The notes below the pieces were generated by a model. That model was not told where the DNA came from, did no database searches, and was given only the letters and a program-made list of their open reading frames with translations. The position numbers were made by a program, and so were the translations under genes. 31,854 nt of DNA from Spirochaetota bacterium (GTDB taxonomy: Bacteria; Spirochaetota; UBA4802; UBA5550): assembly GCA_050298055.1 (NCBI GenBank), contig JBNKTL010000056.1:1-31854 (forward strand), read 5' to 3'. This document shows, one piece after another, positions 8,707 through 18,078 of the stretch. Within the stretch, counting starts at the first letter, position 1, and each line of letters starts with the position of its first letter.

Positions 8707-9171
8707 ATGGAAAAGAAGAAAAAACTGAAAATCCTCTTCCTCTGTACGGGAAATTCCTGCAGGAGCCAGATGGCGGAAGCTTTTACAAACTACCTGAAGG
8801 GCGATGAGATCACAGCCTCTTCCGCGGGGACACGGCCCCGGGGGATAGATCCACGGGCAATTGAAGTGATGAAGGAAACGGGAATAGAAATAAAGGGACA
8901 GAAATCCCGGAGTTTAGATGAATTTTCAGATTTAGAATTCGATTTTGTAATTACCCTCTGCGGAGACGCGAAGGAATCATGCCCGGTATTTCCCGGGAAG
9001 ACAACCCTCATTCACAGGGGATTTGATGATCCCCCGCAACTTGCCAGAACCGCTTCATCAAAGGAAGAGGCCCTCTCCCACTACAGGAGAGTCCGTGATG
9101 AAATCAGGGAGTTCATTGAGACGCTTCCCGGTTCGCTGGAGAGTAACCGGGGCTTTCTCTTCATGAAATAG
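8707..9171 (+). CDS. arsC: Thioredoxin-coupled arsenate reductase (LMW-PTP fold)
   Basis: LFLCTGNSCRSQMAE P-loop, resolving Cys pair ITLCGDAKESCP, FDDP, RVRDEI. Confidence 0.9.
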   Translation: MEKKKKLKILFLCTGNSCRSQMAEAFTNYLKGDEITASSAGTRPRGIDPRAIEVMKETGIEIKGQKSRSLDEFSDLEFDFVITLCGDAKESCPVFPGKTTLIHRGFDDPPQLARTASSKEEALSHYRRVRDEIREFIETLPGSLESNRGFLFMK

Positions 9172-9180
9172 CGCTGTGAT

Positions 9181-11514
9181 TTATTTATAGCGGGCGGCAA
9201 ATTCATGCATATGCTTTTCTGACATTTTACTGTCTAAAGGTATACCAAAGTGGAAACCCTGGGTCAGGTTGCAGTTAAGGCTCCTGATAATTTCAAGCTG
9301 TTCCTCATTTTCTATTCCCTCGGCAATGAGGTTGAGATTGAGGTTCTGGGCGATTGTTGACACTGCCCTGACCACTTCAAGGGACTCCTCGTCATTCATG
9401 ATATTTTCAATAAACGACTTATCAATCTTAAGGGCATCAATGGGGAATTTATGGATATAATTAAGTGATGAATATCCTGTCCCAAAATCATCCACATAGA
9501 TACGGACATTCATCTCCTTGAGCCTGCTCAGTATTACGTGAGCATGATTTATATCCTCCATCATGATGCTCTCTGTTATCTCCAGCCTCAGGTTTTCCGG
9601 TTCGATCCCGGTTTCTTTAATAACTTCAGTAATAAGATCGGGAAGCTTGAAGTTGAACTGCTTCACCGAAAGATTGACGCTTACCACCAGGTCACTATCC
9701 GGAAACATCTTCTTCCACCTTGCTATCTGGTTGCATGCTTCATAGAGGGCCCATTTACCTATCTCAGAGATCAGCCCCGTACTCTCAGCGATTCCGATAA
9801 AGCTTTCCGGGTATAACATGCCGTAAACAGGATGTTCCCACCTGATAAGTGCCTCATAGCCGGTAATTCTCAGGGAGTTTATATCCACCACAGGCTGATA
9901 GTGAAGAACAAATTCATTCCTGATGACAGCCTTCCTCAGATCATTTTCCAGCTTGAGCGCTTCGATGGAACTGTGATGCATTTTCCGGTCAAAGACAACA
10001 TAACATGCCCTCCCCTGCTCCTTGGCATGGTACATTGCATTATCCGTATCTCGAAGCATGTCCTCGGGATGATGGTATTCGATATTACTGAAAGTGATTC
10101 CAATACTCAGCGTTACATAGATATCCACTGTTCCTATTCTGAACGGGTTTTTCATCCCCTCCTGGATACGTTCAATTATTGATATAGCGTCTTCTTCCTT
10201 TCCGAGATCTTCCAGGATCAGGAGGAACTCATCCCCCCCGAAGCGTGAGAGTGTGTCACCGGGTCTTATGGAGCCTTTAAGCCGGTCCACAACATCAACG
10301 AGGATCTCATCGCCGAAGAGATGGCCGTAACTGTCGTTTATCTTTTTAAAGTGGTCGATATCGATAAAGAGGAGTGAGAAGAGAATATCCGACTGCCTCT
10401 TCCTGCGCGCGAAGTTTGTTTTCAGCCTGTCCATGAAGAGTATCCTGTTGGGAAGTCCTGTGAGCGAATCATAGAGTGACTTGTGAACAAGCTGGTCTTC
10501 CATCTTCTTCCGTTCCGTAATGTCCCTGTCGATAGAGAGGATGAAGTCTCTTCCGCTTATCTTAACAAGCTGCGCGGATACCTCCACAGGGAACCGTGTA
10601 CCGTCCTTTCTCACATGCTGGATTTCATAGGTCACTGTCTCCCCTGCAAGGAGCTTTTCCCGTCTCTCCGGGAGTTTTTCACCGATGCTGGAACCTTCAA
10701 GCAGTGAGAGGGGATTGCCAACCAGTTCCTTCCTGGCATAACCGTGGGCCCTGCAGGCTGATATATTCGCATCGGCAATGATCATCTCTTCATTTATCTC
10801 ATGAAGAAATATACTGTCCGAAGCGTGATGGAAAAGGGTCCTGAACTTTTTCTCCGATTCCTTCAGGATATCATAGGACTGCACAAGGTCTTCTGTCCTC
10901 TCCGTGACCTTTTCTTTGAGCAGCTCCTGGTTATTCTCCAGTTCGAAACGGCTTCCCAGTTCATGAACAAGATGGGCCCGGTTCATCCGGTTATAGTATA
11001 CGGCAGAACCGAAAACAGTAATTACAAGAGCAAGAGGGATGACCATTCCCGCGGGCTGAACACTCTCTCCACCGAAGAGAAAAAGCGGCAGGAGAAATAC
11101 CAGGAATGCCGCAAGGGAACCGAGCAGGGAATCTTTCATGTCAGAGAGAATAAATCCGATGAAGAAAAAACCGGTAAAGGTCATTCCCGTATAAAAGGGA
11201 TAGAGTTCTCCTCCCGATCCAATGACCATAATGGAAGTAACGGCTGCTGCTGTTATAATACCGGCATAAGCCAGAAACCTGTGAAAGAAAATTCCCCTAT
11301 GGGAATATTTTCGTGACAGGGCAAGAAGAAGTAAAAGGAGAAGGACTGTCCCCATCCTTATTATCATGAAAAACTGAAGGTTTTCAGGAGTACTCACAGA
11401 GTCGATAAATCCAAGAGCCGCAAATATTACGGCAAAACCGGGAACTGCTCTCCTGAACCGGATTTTAAACAGCTCTTCCAGACCATCATTTACATAATGC
11501 TCCCTGTTTTTCAT
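9181..11514 (-). CDS. Membrane-anchored PAS-GGDEF-EAL diguanylate cyclase/phosphodiesterase
   Basis: ~6 TM helices, PAS/PAC (RKDGTRFPVEVS), RPGD I-site plus GGDEF, YEALIRW, DDFGTGYSSL, LKIDKSF. Confidence 0.95.
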   Translation of the reverse strand: MKNREHYVNDGLEELFKIRFRRAVPGFAVIFAALGFIDSVSTPENLQFFMIIRMGTVLLLLLLLALSRKYSHRGIFFHRFLAYAGIITAAAVTSIMVIGSGGELYPFYTGMTFTGFFFIGFILSDMKDSLLGSLAAFLVFLLPLFLFGGESVQPAGMVIPLALVITVFGSAVYYNRMNRAHLVHELGSRFELENNQELLKEKVTERTEDLVQSYDILKESEKKFRTLFHHASDSIFLHEINEEMIIADANISACRAHGYARKELVGNPLSLLEGSSIGEKLPERREKLLAGETVTYEIQHVRKDGTRFPVEVSAQLVKISGRDFILSIDRDITERKKMEDQLVHKSLYDSLTGLPNRILFMDRLKTNFARRKRQSDILFSLLFIDIDHFKKINDSYGHLFGDEILVDVVDRLKGSIRPGDTLSRFGGDEFLLILEDLGKEEDAISIIERIQEGMKNPFRIGTVDIYVTLSIGITFSNIEYHHPEDMLRDTDNAMYHAKEQGRACYVVFDRKMHHSSIEALKLENDLRKAVIRNEFVLHYQPVVDINSLRITGYEALIRWEHPVYGMLYPESFIGIAESTGLISEIGKWALYEACNQIARWKKMFPDSDLVVSVNLSVKQFNFKLPDLITEVIKETGIEPENLRLEITESIMMEDINHAHVILSRLKEMNVRIYVDDFGTGYSSLNYIHKFPIDALKIDKSFIENIMNDEESLEVVRAVSTIAQNLNLNLIAEGIENEEQLEIIRSLNCNLTQGFHFGIPLDSKMSEKHMHEFAARYK

Positions 11515-11669
11515 TATCTTTTACTTTACAAGAAAAAAATAACAACCACAACCATGCGGTACTCATAATGCCAGACTTAAATATATTACGAGGAAAATGT
11601 TTCGTCAATATAAAACTTCATTACCGGTATTTATTTTCTTTATAAGGAGGATATTAAGTAACCGGATCG

Positions 11670-13043
11670 TTACTTCCGTTTTGCAGCACGGTAAAGGATC
11701 TCAAGGGGATGAAGGACCCTGTATCTGGTAAGATGCGCAAACTGTGTCCTGCAGCTGAGACAGTCAGTGGCAATAATATCGGGCTCATATTCATCAATTT
11801 TTTCCACAAGCCTTTTTCCCAGTTCAACCGACAACGGGTAGAGACTCTTTTTATACCCCGTAATCCCGGACATTCCGCAGCAATAAAGGATATTGCGAAA
11901 GGTATCAACATCAGCACCGGGAATTTTTTTCAGGAGCTCTGGATAGGGCGTCCCTTTTTTTTGTTCCCGCTGATGGCAGGGGGGATAATAGAGTATGCGT
12001 GACCGGAATTCTCCGGCAGCCGGTTCCCTTTCATGAAAACCTGAACTCAGAAGATATTCCCCTGCGTCATAACAGTTATCCGCTACCTTGAGCCTTTTCA
12101 AGGGATCAAGATCCGAGAAGTATCCTGAATCTTTGAGTATCCTGCTGTAGATTTTTTTGTCGAGATAGAGAAATCCATCACCAGTCTTCTCTTCCCTGTT
12201 TTGCGGTACCTTCAGATATTTTGAATCGGCACCGACGCTTTCCTGGTATTCCCCTGAAAAGTGTGCGCCCTCCGGTATTACATTTCTGAACATGTAGCTG
12301 CAGGTAGGACATGAGAGGAGAATATCAAAACCTTCATCCACCAGTTCCGAAAGAATATCTATATTTTCAGTAGCTGAACTCACCGCTCTTTTCCTGTCTC
12401 CTTCAAGCATGAAGGGCATACCGCAGCATTTCTGATCCGGGAAGTAGAGGGCTGTTCCCGCCCTTTTCATGAGTCCGGCAACAGCTTCGGGGACTCCCGG
12501 GAAAAAGTACCTCCCGGAACAACCGGCAAAGTAGGCAAACTTTTTCCCTCCCTTCACTTCGGGTTTTCTGCCCAGCATAAGTTCTCCGGCGGTTTTATCA
12601 AAGTTCTTTATGGGAATTTCCGGTAAGCTTCTCGATTGATGGATGCCGACGACTTTTTTCAGGAGAGAACTGAATACATTCTTTTTCAATAAACGACCGG
12701 CAATTCCCGGCGCGGTTCCGCAGAGCCTCCCGGTAAGCCTGACATCTTCAAGTATCCGGACAGCGGGTTTTAACCCTTCACTTTCAATAAAAAGGCTTTT
12801 TGCCTCCATAATATCGGCCCTGATATTGGGACAGGGACAGAGAGCGCAGTAATTGCAAAGATCCGTAAGACCTCTCAGCCGGGAGGAAGAAATTCTGCTC
12901 CCGGTCTCCACCTCCCTGTCGATAAGCCGGTAGAGCTCAGGAAAAAAGAGGCAGGATGTATCCATAACCGGCCTGCAGCAGTCACAGTCGGAACATGCAT
13001 CCACAACACTTCTGATCTTTTCTAATGCTTTACCTTCATTCAT
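11670..13043 (-). CDS. Fe-S oxidoreductase with two CCG domains (GlpC/HdrD-like)
   Basis: CSDCDCC and CNYCALCPCP ferredoxin motifs, KCCGMP, SCPTC, PCH, YCCGMSG, TDCLSC; likely start MNEGK at 13043. Confidence 0.88.
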   Translation of the reverse strand: MNEGKALEKIRSVVDACSDCDCCRPVMDTSCLFFPELYRLIDREVETGSRISSSRLRGLTDLCNYCALCPCPNIRADIMEAKSLFIESEGLKPAVRILEDVRLTGRLCGTAPGIAGRLLKKNVFSSLLKKVVGIHQSRSLPEIPIKNFDKTAGELMLGRKPEVKGGKKFAYFAGCSGRYFFPGVPEAVAGLMKRAGTALYFPDQKCCGMPFMLEGDRKRAVSSATENIDILSELVDEGFDILLSCPTCSYMFRNVIPEGAHFSGEYQESVGADSKYLKVPQNREEKTGDGFLYLDKKIYSRILKDSGYFSDLDPLKRLKVADNCYDAGEYLLSSGFHEREPAAGEFRSRILYYPPCHQREQKKGTPYPELLKKIPGADVDTFRNILYCCGMSGITGYKKSLYPLSVELGKRLVEKIDEYEPDIIATDCLSCRTQFAHLTRYRVLHPLEILYRAAKRK

Positions 13044-13053
13044 GACAATCCTG

Positions 13054-14106
13054 CTACTGGTGCCAGGAGAAAAGCCGCGCGCCGAGAGTGAGACAGACAA
13101 GAGTAATGACCCCGAGAAGGATTACCTCGAAGCTTACGTCGTAAAGGGCTGCCCCGTCATTCATGATCTTTCTCACCGCGTTATTAATATGTGTCAGGGG
13201 AAAGGCGTATGATACACCTTTGACCCAGTCCGGCGCCCCTTCCAGTGAAAACCATACCTCGGAGAGAAACATCATGGGCCAGGTGATAAAGTTGAGAATA
13301 CCGCTTGTGAATTCTTCACTGGTCCCCCGTGACGCCACGAGGAGCCCCATAGAGGTCAGGCTGCATCCTCCGAAGAAAAAGACAAGAGTCACATCCAGAT
13401 ACGATCCCTCCATCCGGAAATCGAATATCAGGTCACAGCCTATCCACACAATGACAAGTGAAAACATGAGAAGGAATATCCTGGACAGCATCTGCGCGCT
13501 GAGATATTCAAAGGCTGTGAGAGGTGTTGCCCTGAGGCGCTTCAAAACACCGTTCTTCCTGTACCTGACGATGACATAGCCCACACCCCAGAGAGCGGAA
13601 AACATCATATTCATTGCCAGGATCCCGGGAAAGAGCCAGTCGATATACCTGATCTCGATTCCCCTGACAGATCTCTTCAGAAGTTTCTTCTCACTGTCCC
13701 CTTTCATTGTTGCCGCCCTGAGCATCTGTTCCGCAACATATCCTCTGGGAGACGTGCTGCTTACCCAGTATTCCGGCCTGCCCGGACTGTTCTTTATGAG
13801 CATATCGATCTTGTGGTGCTTCAGGAGGTCCATCCCTGTCTCCTGACGGGGAAATCCCACAAACTCCATGAACTTCATTTTTTTCAGGGAATCATCAAAA
13901 GTGAGATCTTCAACTGCACGTTTTCCGCTTTTCGCGGGGAAAACACCGGCCTTGTAAATGTCCCGGGAATCACCGCCGAAGATAACACCAAAACCCACAA
14001 TGATGAGGAAGGGGAAGAGAAAATTCCATCCGAAGGCAGCCCTGTCACGGAAGAACTCCCTGTTCCGCGCGGTAAACATGATCCATATTCTCTTCCAATT
14101 CATCAC
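13054..14106 (-). CDS. ABC-2 type exporter permease
   Basis: YIDWLFPGILAM, R..GVLKRLRATP, FPLTH; 6 TM helices. Confidence 0.93.
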   Translation of the reverse strand: MMNWKRIWIMFTARNREFFRDRAAFGWNFLFPFLIIVGFGVIFGGDSRDIYKAGVFPAKSGKRAVEDLTFDDSLKKMKFMEFVGFPRQETGMDLLKHHKIDMLIKNSPGRPEYWVSSTSPRGYVAEQMLRAATMKGDSEKKLLKRSVRGIEIRYIDWLFPGILAMNMMFSALWGVGYVIVRYRKNGVLKRLRATPLTAFEYLSAQMLSRIFLLMFSLVIVWIGCDLIFDFRMEGSYLDVTLVFFFGGCSLTSMGLLVASRGTSEEFTSGILNFITWPMMFLSEVWFSLEGAPDWVKGVSYAFPLTHINNAVRKIMNDGAALYDVSFEVILLGVITLVCLTLGARLFSWHQ

Positions 14107-14987
14107 TACTCTCTCAGCCTTCTTCCCGTGAGATTGATGAAGACGTCTTCGAGATTCGGAGACCTGACGGTCATATCCGAAAGATCAATTCCCTGTTCCA
14201 GGAGTTCCTGGATACAACTGTTGATATTATCCGTCTGAAGTTCTATGGAGTTGTCCAGTTCATAGATACTGCCGCATAAATTTTCCTTCTTTATCACAGC
14301 GTCACCGGGAAGGATCACGGTAACATGTTTTGAGTATTCCCGCACAAGGTGCGCGGGGCGGCCCTCCGCGATTATTTTCCCCCGGTCCATAATGGCCACC
14401 ACGTCACAGAGATACTCCGCTTCTTCCATATAGTGTGTGGTCAGGATAATGGTCTTCCCCTGCTTTTTTATGGAGGTAATGATCTCCCACATGTTCCTCC
14501 TGTTCTGGGGGTCCATTCCTGTTGAGGGTTCGTCAAGGAAGAGGAGCCCGGGGTCATTGATCATGGCGAGGGCAAGGAGGAGTCTCTGTTTCTGTCCCCC
14601 GGAAATTTTATCATTGTACTGGTTTAAGATATCCCCCAGGTGACAGAGTTCAATGACCTCCTCCAGGGGCAGGGAACTGCTGTAGAGATTCATGAATGTC
14701 ACCAGTGTCTCCTTCACCGTGAGGAAGGAGAGAAGTGACGTCTCCTGGAACTGGATCCCCACGTCCTCCCGGAAGAGCCCGTCCCTCTCCCTGCCCTTAT
14801 AGAGTATCGAACCCGCCGTGGGTTTTTTAATCTCCTCAATGGTTTCCAGGGCAGTGGTCTTTCCCGCACCGTTGGGTCCCAGGAGCCCGAAGCAGGTCCC
14901 CCGGGGGATTGAAAAGCTTATCCCGTCAACGGCTTTTACCTTCCCGTAGTTCTTGACCAGGTCTTTGACTTCCAGTACTGTTTCCAT
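14106..14987 (-). CDS. ABC exporter ATP-binding protein (DrrA/YadG-like)
   Basis: GPNGAGKTT, ISGGQKQR, LFLDEPSTGMD, TTHYMEEAE; likely start METVLEV at 14987. Confidence 0.95.
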   Translation of the reverse strand: METVLEVKDLVKNYGKVKAVDGISFSIPRGTCFGLLGPNGAGKTTALETIEEIKKPTAGSILYKGRERDGLFREDVGIQFQETSLLSFLTVKETLVTFMNLYSSSLPLEEVIELCHLGDILNQYNDKISGGQKQRLLLALAMINDPGLLFLDEPSTGMDPQNRRNMWEIITSIKKQGKTIILTTHYMEEAEYLCDVVAIMDRGKIIAEGRPAHLVREYSKHVTVILPGDAVIKKENLCGSIYELDNSIELQTDNINSCIQELLEQGIDLSDMTVRSPNLEDVFINLTGRRLRE

Positions 14988-15256
14988 TTTCTTTACCGGG
15001 ATCAAGAATAAATCTATCCCCGGTCGGATCAAGAAATAAACGGGAGTTTTTTTGATAATATTTGATGTTTATTTGAATATGCAATTTTTAAAAGAGTATC
15101 ACACAGATGGTACAGAGGAATGGATACACAGAGAAGAGTTTTTCAAATGTTATATTTTGAATGTTGAATCAATGAGAACATTAAATTACAAAAAAGTTCT
15201 TGCCTATTTCATTTATTTTATTTTTTTAAAACGATATTTGTAAAAAGGAATGAAAA

Positions 15257-15868
15257 ATGGCGAGATATCTGACTTTTAAGATAAATGAGAAAGAATATTC
15301 ACTTGAACCTGTGAAGCTTGACAGAAAAAAACTCTATGGCTGGATTGACAGGGAAGTGCTCGATGAGGATGAGAAAAAATGTTCTCCAGCAATCCTGGAT
15401 GATACAAGCATGAAAATAATACCAAATGGTGAGATCGGACTTGCGATTCTCACCGATGAGGGTGAATGGGTCTCCCGGTCGGAACTCACTGCTGTTGACG
15501 GAAACGGAGACCCGGTCAATATAGTTCCCTCAAGCTTCGATGAAGTTATTGAACTGAAGGAAACGGTAACGGTGGAAGAGTACCTGGACCATGTGATCAA
15601 AAATGTGTATACTTTTACCGGGGATGATGAGAAGGAACTGGTAAAACTCCTGGAAAGCGGTCCCATTTATACCTTTACCTTTAACTACCGGGCTGACTAT
15701 GAAGGGACACCCGGATTTTTAATTGAAAGCGAGGGTGAGGTCTTTTTGACCGTTGGAGACAAAGTCAATTTTGAATATATATCGCAGGAAGATATGTCCC
15801 GGCAGCTTTTTGACCTGGAAGACGAAGAGACTGAAAAAGACGATGATCTCGACTTTGGGATGATGTAG
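15257..15868 (+). CDS. Hypothetical acidic protein with remote Ku-core-like pattern and acidic C-terminal tail
   Basis: Clean ORF with AAGGA RBS; segments GEWVSRSEL and SSFDEVIELKETVTVEEYLDHVIKNVY echo bacterial Ku; tail EKDDDLDFGMM. The CDS is secure; the fold call is inference. Confidence 0.6.
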   Translation: MARYLTFKINEKEYSLEPVKLDRKKLYGWIDREVLDEDEKKCSPAILDDTSMKIIPNGEIGLAILTDEGEWVSRSELTAVDGNGDPVNIVPSSFDEVIELKETVTVEEYLDHVIKNVYTFTGDDEKELVKLLESGPIYTFTFNYRADYEGTPGFLIESEGEVFLTVGDKVNFEYISQEDMSRQLFDLEDEETEKDDDLDFGMM

Positions 15869-15883
15869 GAGGAAAACAGGAAA

Positions 15884-16582
15884 GTGAAAAAAATAAACAT
15901 TTCAGATGAGAAGGGGAGAGACGCTGTTGTTGGTCTGAACCCAAAGGTCTATGCGTCAGATGTCAGCTATGTCTATAAGGACAAAATGATAAAAAATACA
16001 CGGGTGGCAAAGGGTTCACTTGAATCCGGGATCGGGGCCCTTACGACAATGGCCGGCGACCTGGACAAGGTGGCCGGGCTGCTCACCGAAGGTGATCCCG
16101 AGATCGATTTCGATCTGACCGGTAAAATGCTCTCCTATCCCCAGAAGATATTTTTGAAAGATAACAATGAAATCGCCCTGCATTACCATCTTATAGATGT
16201 TATGCGGGATGTCGAGGGGAGAGAAAAAGAACGGAAACCCCATGAATCCCCCGAGCAGAATATTTCCGGGGAAATTCCCGTCCGCTGGACAGGGAAATTC
16301 TTCCCGAAAAAGGACGCCATAAAAAAGTTTGTTTTTACCCGAAAATATCAGATCACACATGTGAGCGGCCTTACATATGAGTTTTTATATGAGATGGCAA
16401 AGGAACTGGAGGATAAAGACGTCCTGATGCTTGTCGGCGGAGGAGAAAAGGGAAAAGACCCGCTTATCATGTCAAGCGGAGGAAGGGCATACAGGGGATT
16501 TCTGGAAGGACGGACTGACGGCGGTAAATACTGCCTCATTCTCCATTTGACAAATCTTGAATTGAAGGAAATTATAAAATGA
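15884..16582 (+). CDS. Hypothetical protein with remote Ku-core-like C-terminal half
   Basis: GTG start after a purine-rich RBS; KFFPKKDAIKKFVFTRKYQI...TYEFLYEMAKELEDKDVLMLV...YRGFLEGR...LILHL resembles the Ku barrel strand/helix order; stop overlaps the ligase start. Confidence 0.6.
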   Translation: MKKINISDEKGRDAVVGLNPKVYASDVSYVYKDKMIKNTRVAKGSLESGIGALTTMAGDLDKVAGLLTEGDPEIDFDLTGKMLSYPQKIFLKDNNEIALHYHLIDVMRDVEGREKERKPHESPEQNISGEIPVRWTGKFFPKKDAIKKFVFTRKYQITHVSGLTYEFLYEMAKELEDKDVLMLVGGGEKGKDPLIMSSGGRAYRGFLEGRTDGGKYCLILHLTNLELKEIIK

Positions 16583-18033
16583 TTCTAAACCAGGAGAAAC
16601 TAAACACCATTCTCGGAAACTATAAAAAGGGGGACCGGTCTGCCCTCCCCGATAAATTCGTTTTAAAGGTCAGCGAATATAAACGGAGTATCGCGTCCAG
16701 GTATATTGCTCTTTCCCCTGAAGATACAGGGAGCCGGATCATAGGAGAATCGTTCCATCTCTCAAGAAAAATCGACGGTGAGTTCTGCTGCCTTTTCTCT
16801 CTTGAGGGTGAAGTATTTCTCTGCAATCCTTCAGGGACCGTTTTTTCAGGGATTCCGTGCCTCGAACAGGTACCGGAAATACTGAAAAAAGAAAATATTA
16901 CAAGTGCCGTCTTCGCGGGAGAATTCTACTATAAGAGGCCCGACGGGAAACGGAGCAGGGTCTATGATCTAATATCCGCTTCCAGCAATCCTAAAAATGA
17001 AGAGGAAGTCAGAGGGCTTTCATTTGCACCCTTTGATATCATTGAAATAAATAATGAAACGTACAAACCGGCGGATTATTCTGAAACCGGTAAAAAACTG
17101 GAATCCTTCTTCTCAAACAGAGGAGGTATTGAACCACCCGATTCCCTGGTTGTAAAAAGCAGAGATGAAGTTATGGATTGCTATTCAGAGTGGGTAGAGG
17201 CAGAAGAGTCTGAAGGACTTGTCATCAGAAGCAGCAGCAGCTTTATCTATAAACTCAAACCCAAGCATTCCCTGGATACAGTAATTCTCGGTTATGTGGA
17301 AGGTGTACGCGAGACAAAGGGAATGGTACGCAGTCTTTTGATCGGGCTGCTCAGAGAGGACGGGAAGATTCAGGTTGCCGGAACAGTGGGAGGAGGTTTA
17401 TCCGACAGTGAGCGCTCAGAGTTATGTACGCGTCTCAAAAAGGCGGAGATGGAATCGGAATTTATCGAGGTGCACAGCAAGTATGGGCCCTACCGGATGG
17501 TCAAACCGGAGATAGTCATTGAAATCGACTACCTCGACCTTATGACCAGTAACAAGTATGACCGACCCTATAAGATGATGGTGCTTGATACAGACAAAAG
17601 TGTTTACAGGATAGTAAGGAAGATGCCCTTCCCTGTAATCATCAGCCCCCGTTTCTCCCGGTTTCGCGAAGACAAAAAATTTAATAAAGAGGACCTGAGA
17701 CTGTCACAGATTACGGACCGCGTTCCCATTGACGAAGCCGGCGCTTCAGTTGAAAAAATCGAATACCCGGAACCGGAGATCCTTCTCCGGGAAGTATACA
17801 CCAAGCAGTTAAAAGGAAAAACGGGAGTGCGCAAACTTCTGCTCTGGAAAACCAACAGGGAGGAACTGGACGAGAGCTATGCAGCCTACAATTTCTGTTA
17901 TACCGACTTCAGTCCCGGCAGGGCCGATCCCCTCAAAAAGGATCTGCGTATCTCCAACAGCAAAGACCAGCTGTTTGCCATTGCAGATGAATTTCGGGAA
18001 AAGAACATTAAGAAGGGGTGGGAACCTGCTTAA
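16579..18033 (+). CDS. ATP-dependent DNA ligase-like protein (adenylation + OB domains) with a C-terminal WGR-like domain
   Basis: Motif I RKIDGEF, III FAGEFY, IIIa FAPFDII, IV SEGLVIR, V YKLKP, OB-fold GTVGGGLSD and KPEIVIEIDY, motif VI PRFSRFREDK; last ~85 aa end in a helix and KNIKKGW. Confidence 0.85.
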   Translation: MILNQEKLNTILGNYKKGDRSALPDKFVLKVSEYKRSIASRYIALSPEDTGSRIIGESFHLSRKIDGEFCCLFSLEGEVFLCNPSGTVFSGIPCLEQVPEILKKENITSAVFAGEFYYKRPDGKRSRVYDLISASSNPKNEEEVRGLSFAPFDIIEINNETYKPADYSETGKKLESFFSNRGGIEPPDSLVVKSRDEVMDCYSEWVEAEESEGLVIRSSSSFIYKLKPKHSLDTVILGYVEGVRETKGMVRSLLIGLLREDGKIQVAGTVGGGLSDSERSELCTRLKKAEMESEFIEVHSKYGPYRMVKPEIVIEIDYLDLMTSNKYDRPYKMMVLDTDKSVYRIVRKMPFPVIISPRFSRFREDKKFNKEDLRLSQITDRVPIDEAGASVEKIEYPEPEILLREVYTKQLKGKTGVRKLLLWKTNREELDESYAAYNFCYTDFSPGRADPLKKDLRISNSKDQLFAIADEFREKNIKKGWEPA

Positions 18034-18078
18034 GTCCATATAAGGCTTTGATCCTGAAACCGTACCCGGGAGGAGACT

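Noticed and set aside
9269..14643. Numerous 60-170 aa ORFs antisense to or overlapping long genes (also elsewhere in the window)
   Set aside because: Shadow ORFs of well-supported CDSs, with no motifs of their own
14999..15040. Short direct repeat ggatcaagaa(a)taaa upstream of the ABC ATPase
   Set aside because: Only two copies of 14-15 nt; not CRISPR-like, and no function can be supported
15175..15200. agaac-N16-gttct upstream of the Ku-like operon as a possible LexA box
   Set aside because: Spacing matches no LexA box I know, and a 5-bp arm is expected by chance
16579..18033. Calling the ligase ligD or an RNA ligase/capping enzyme
   Set aside because: No primase-polymerase or phosphoesterase domain; the OB fold with motif VI argues for a DNA ligase, so no gene symbol was assigned
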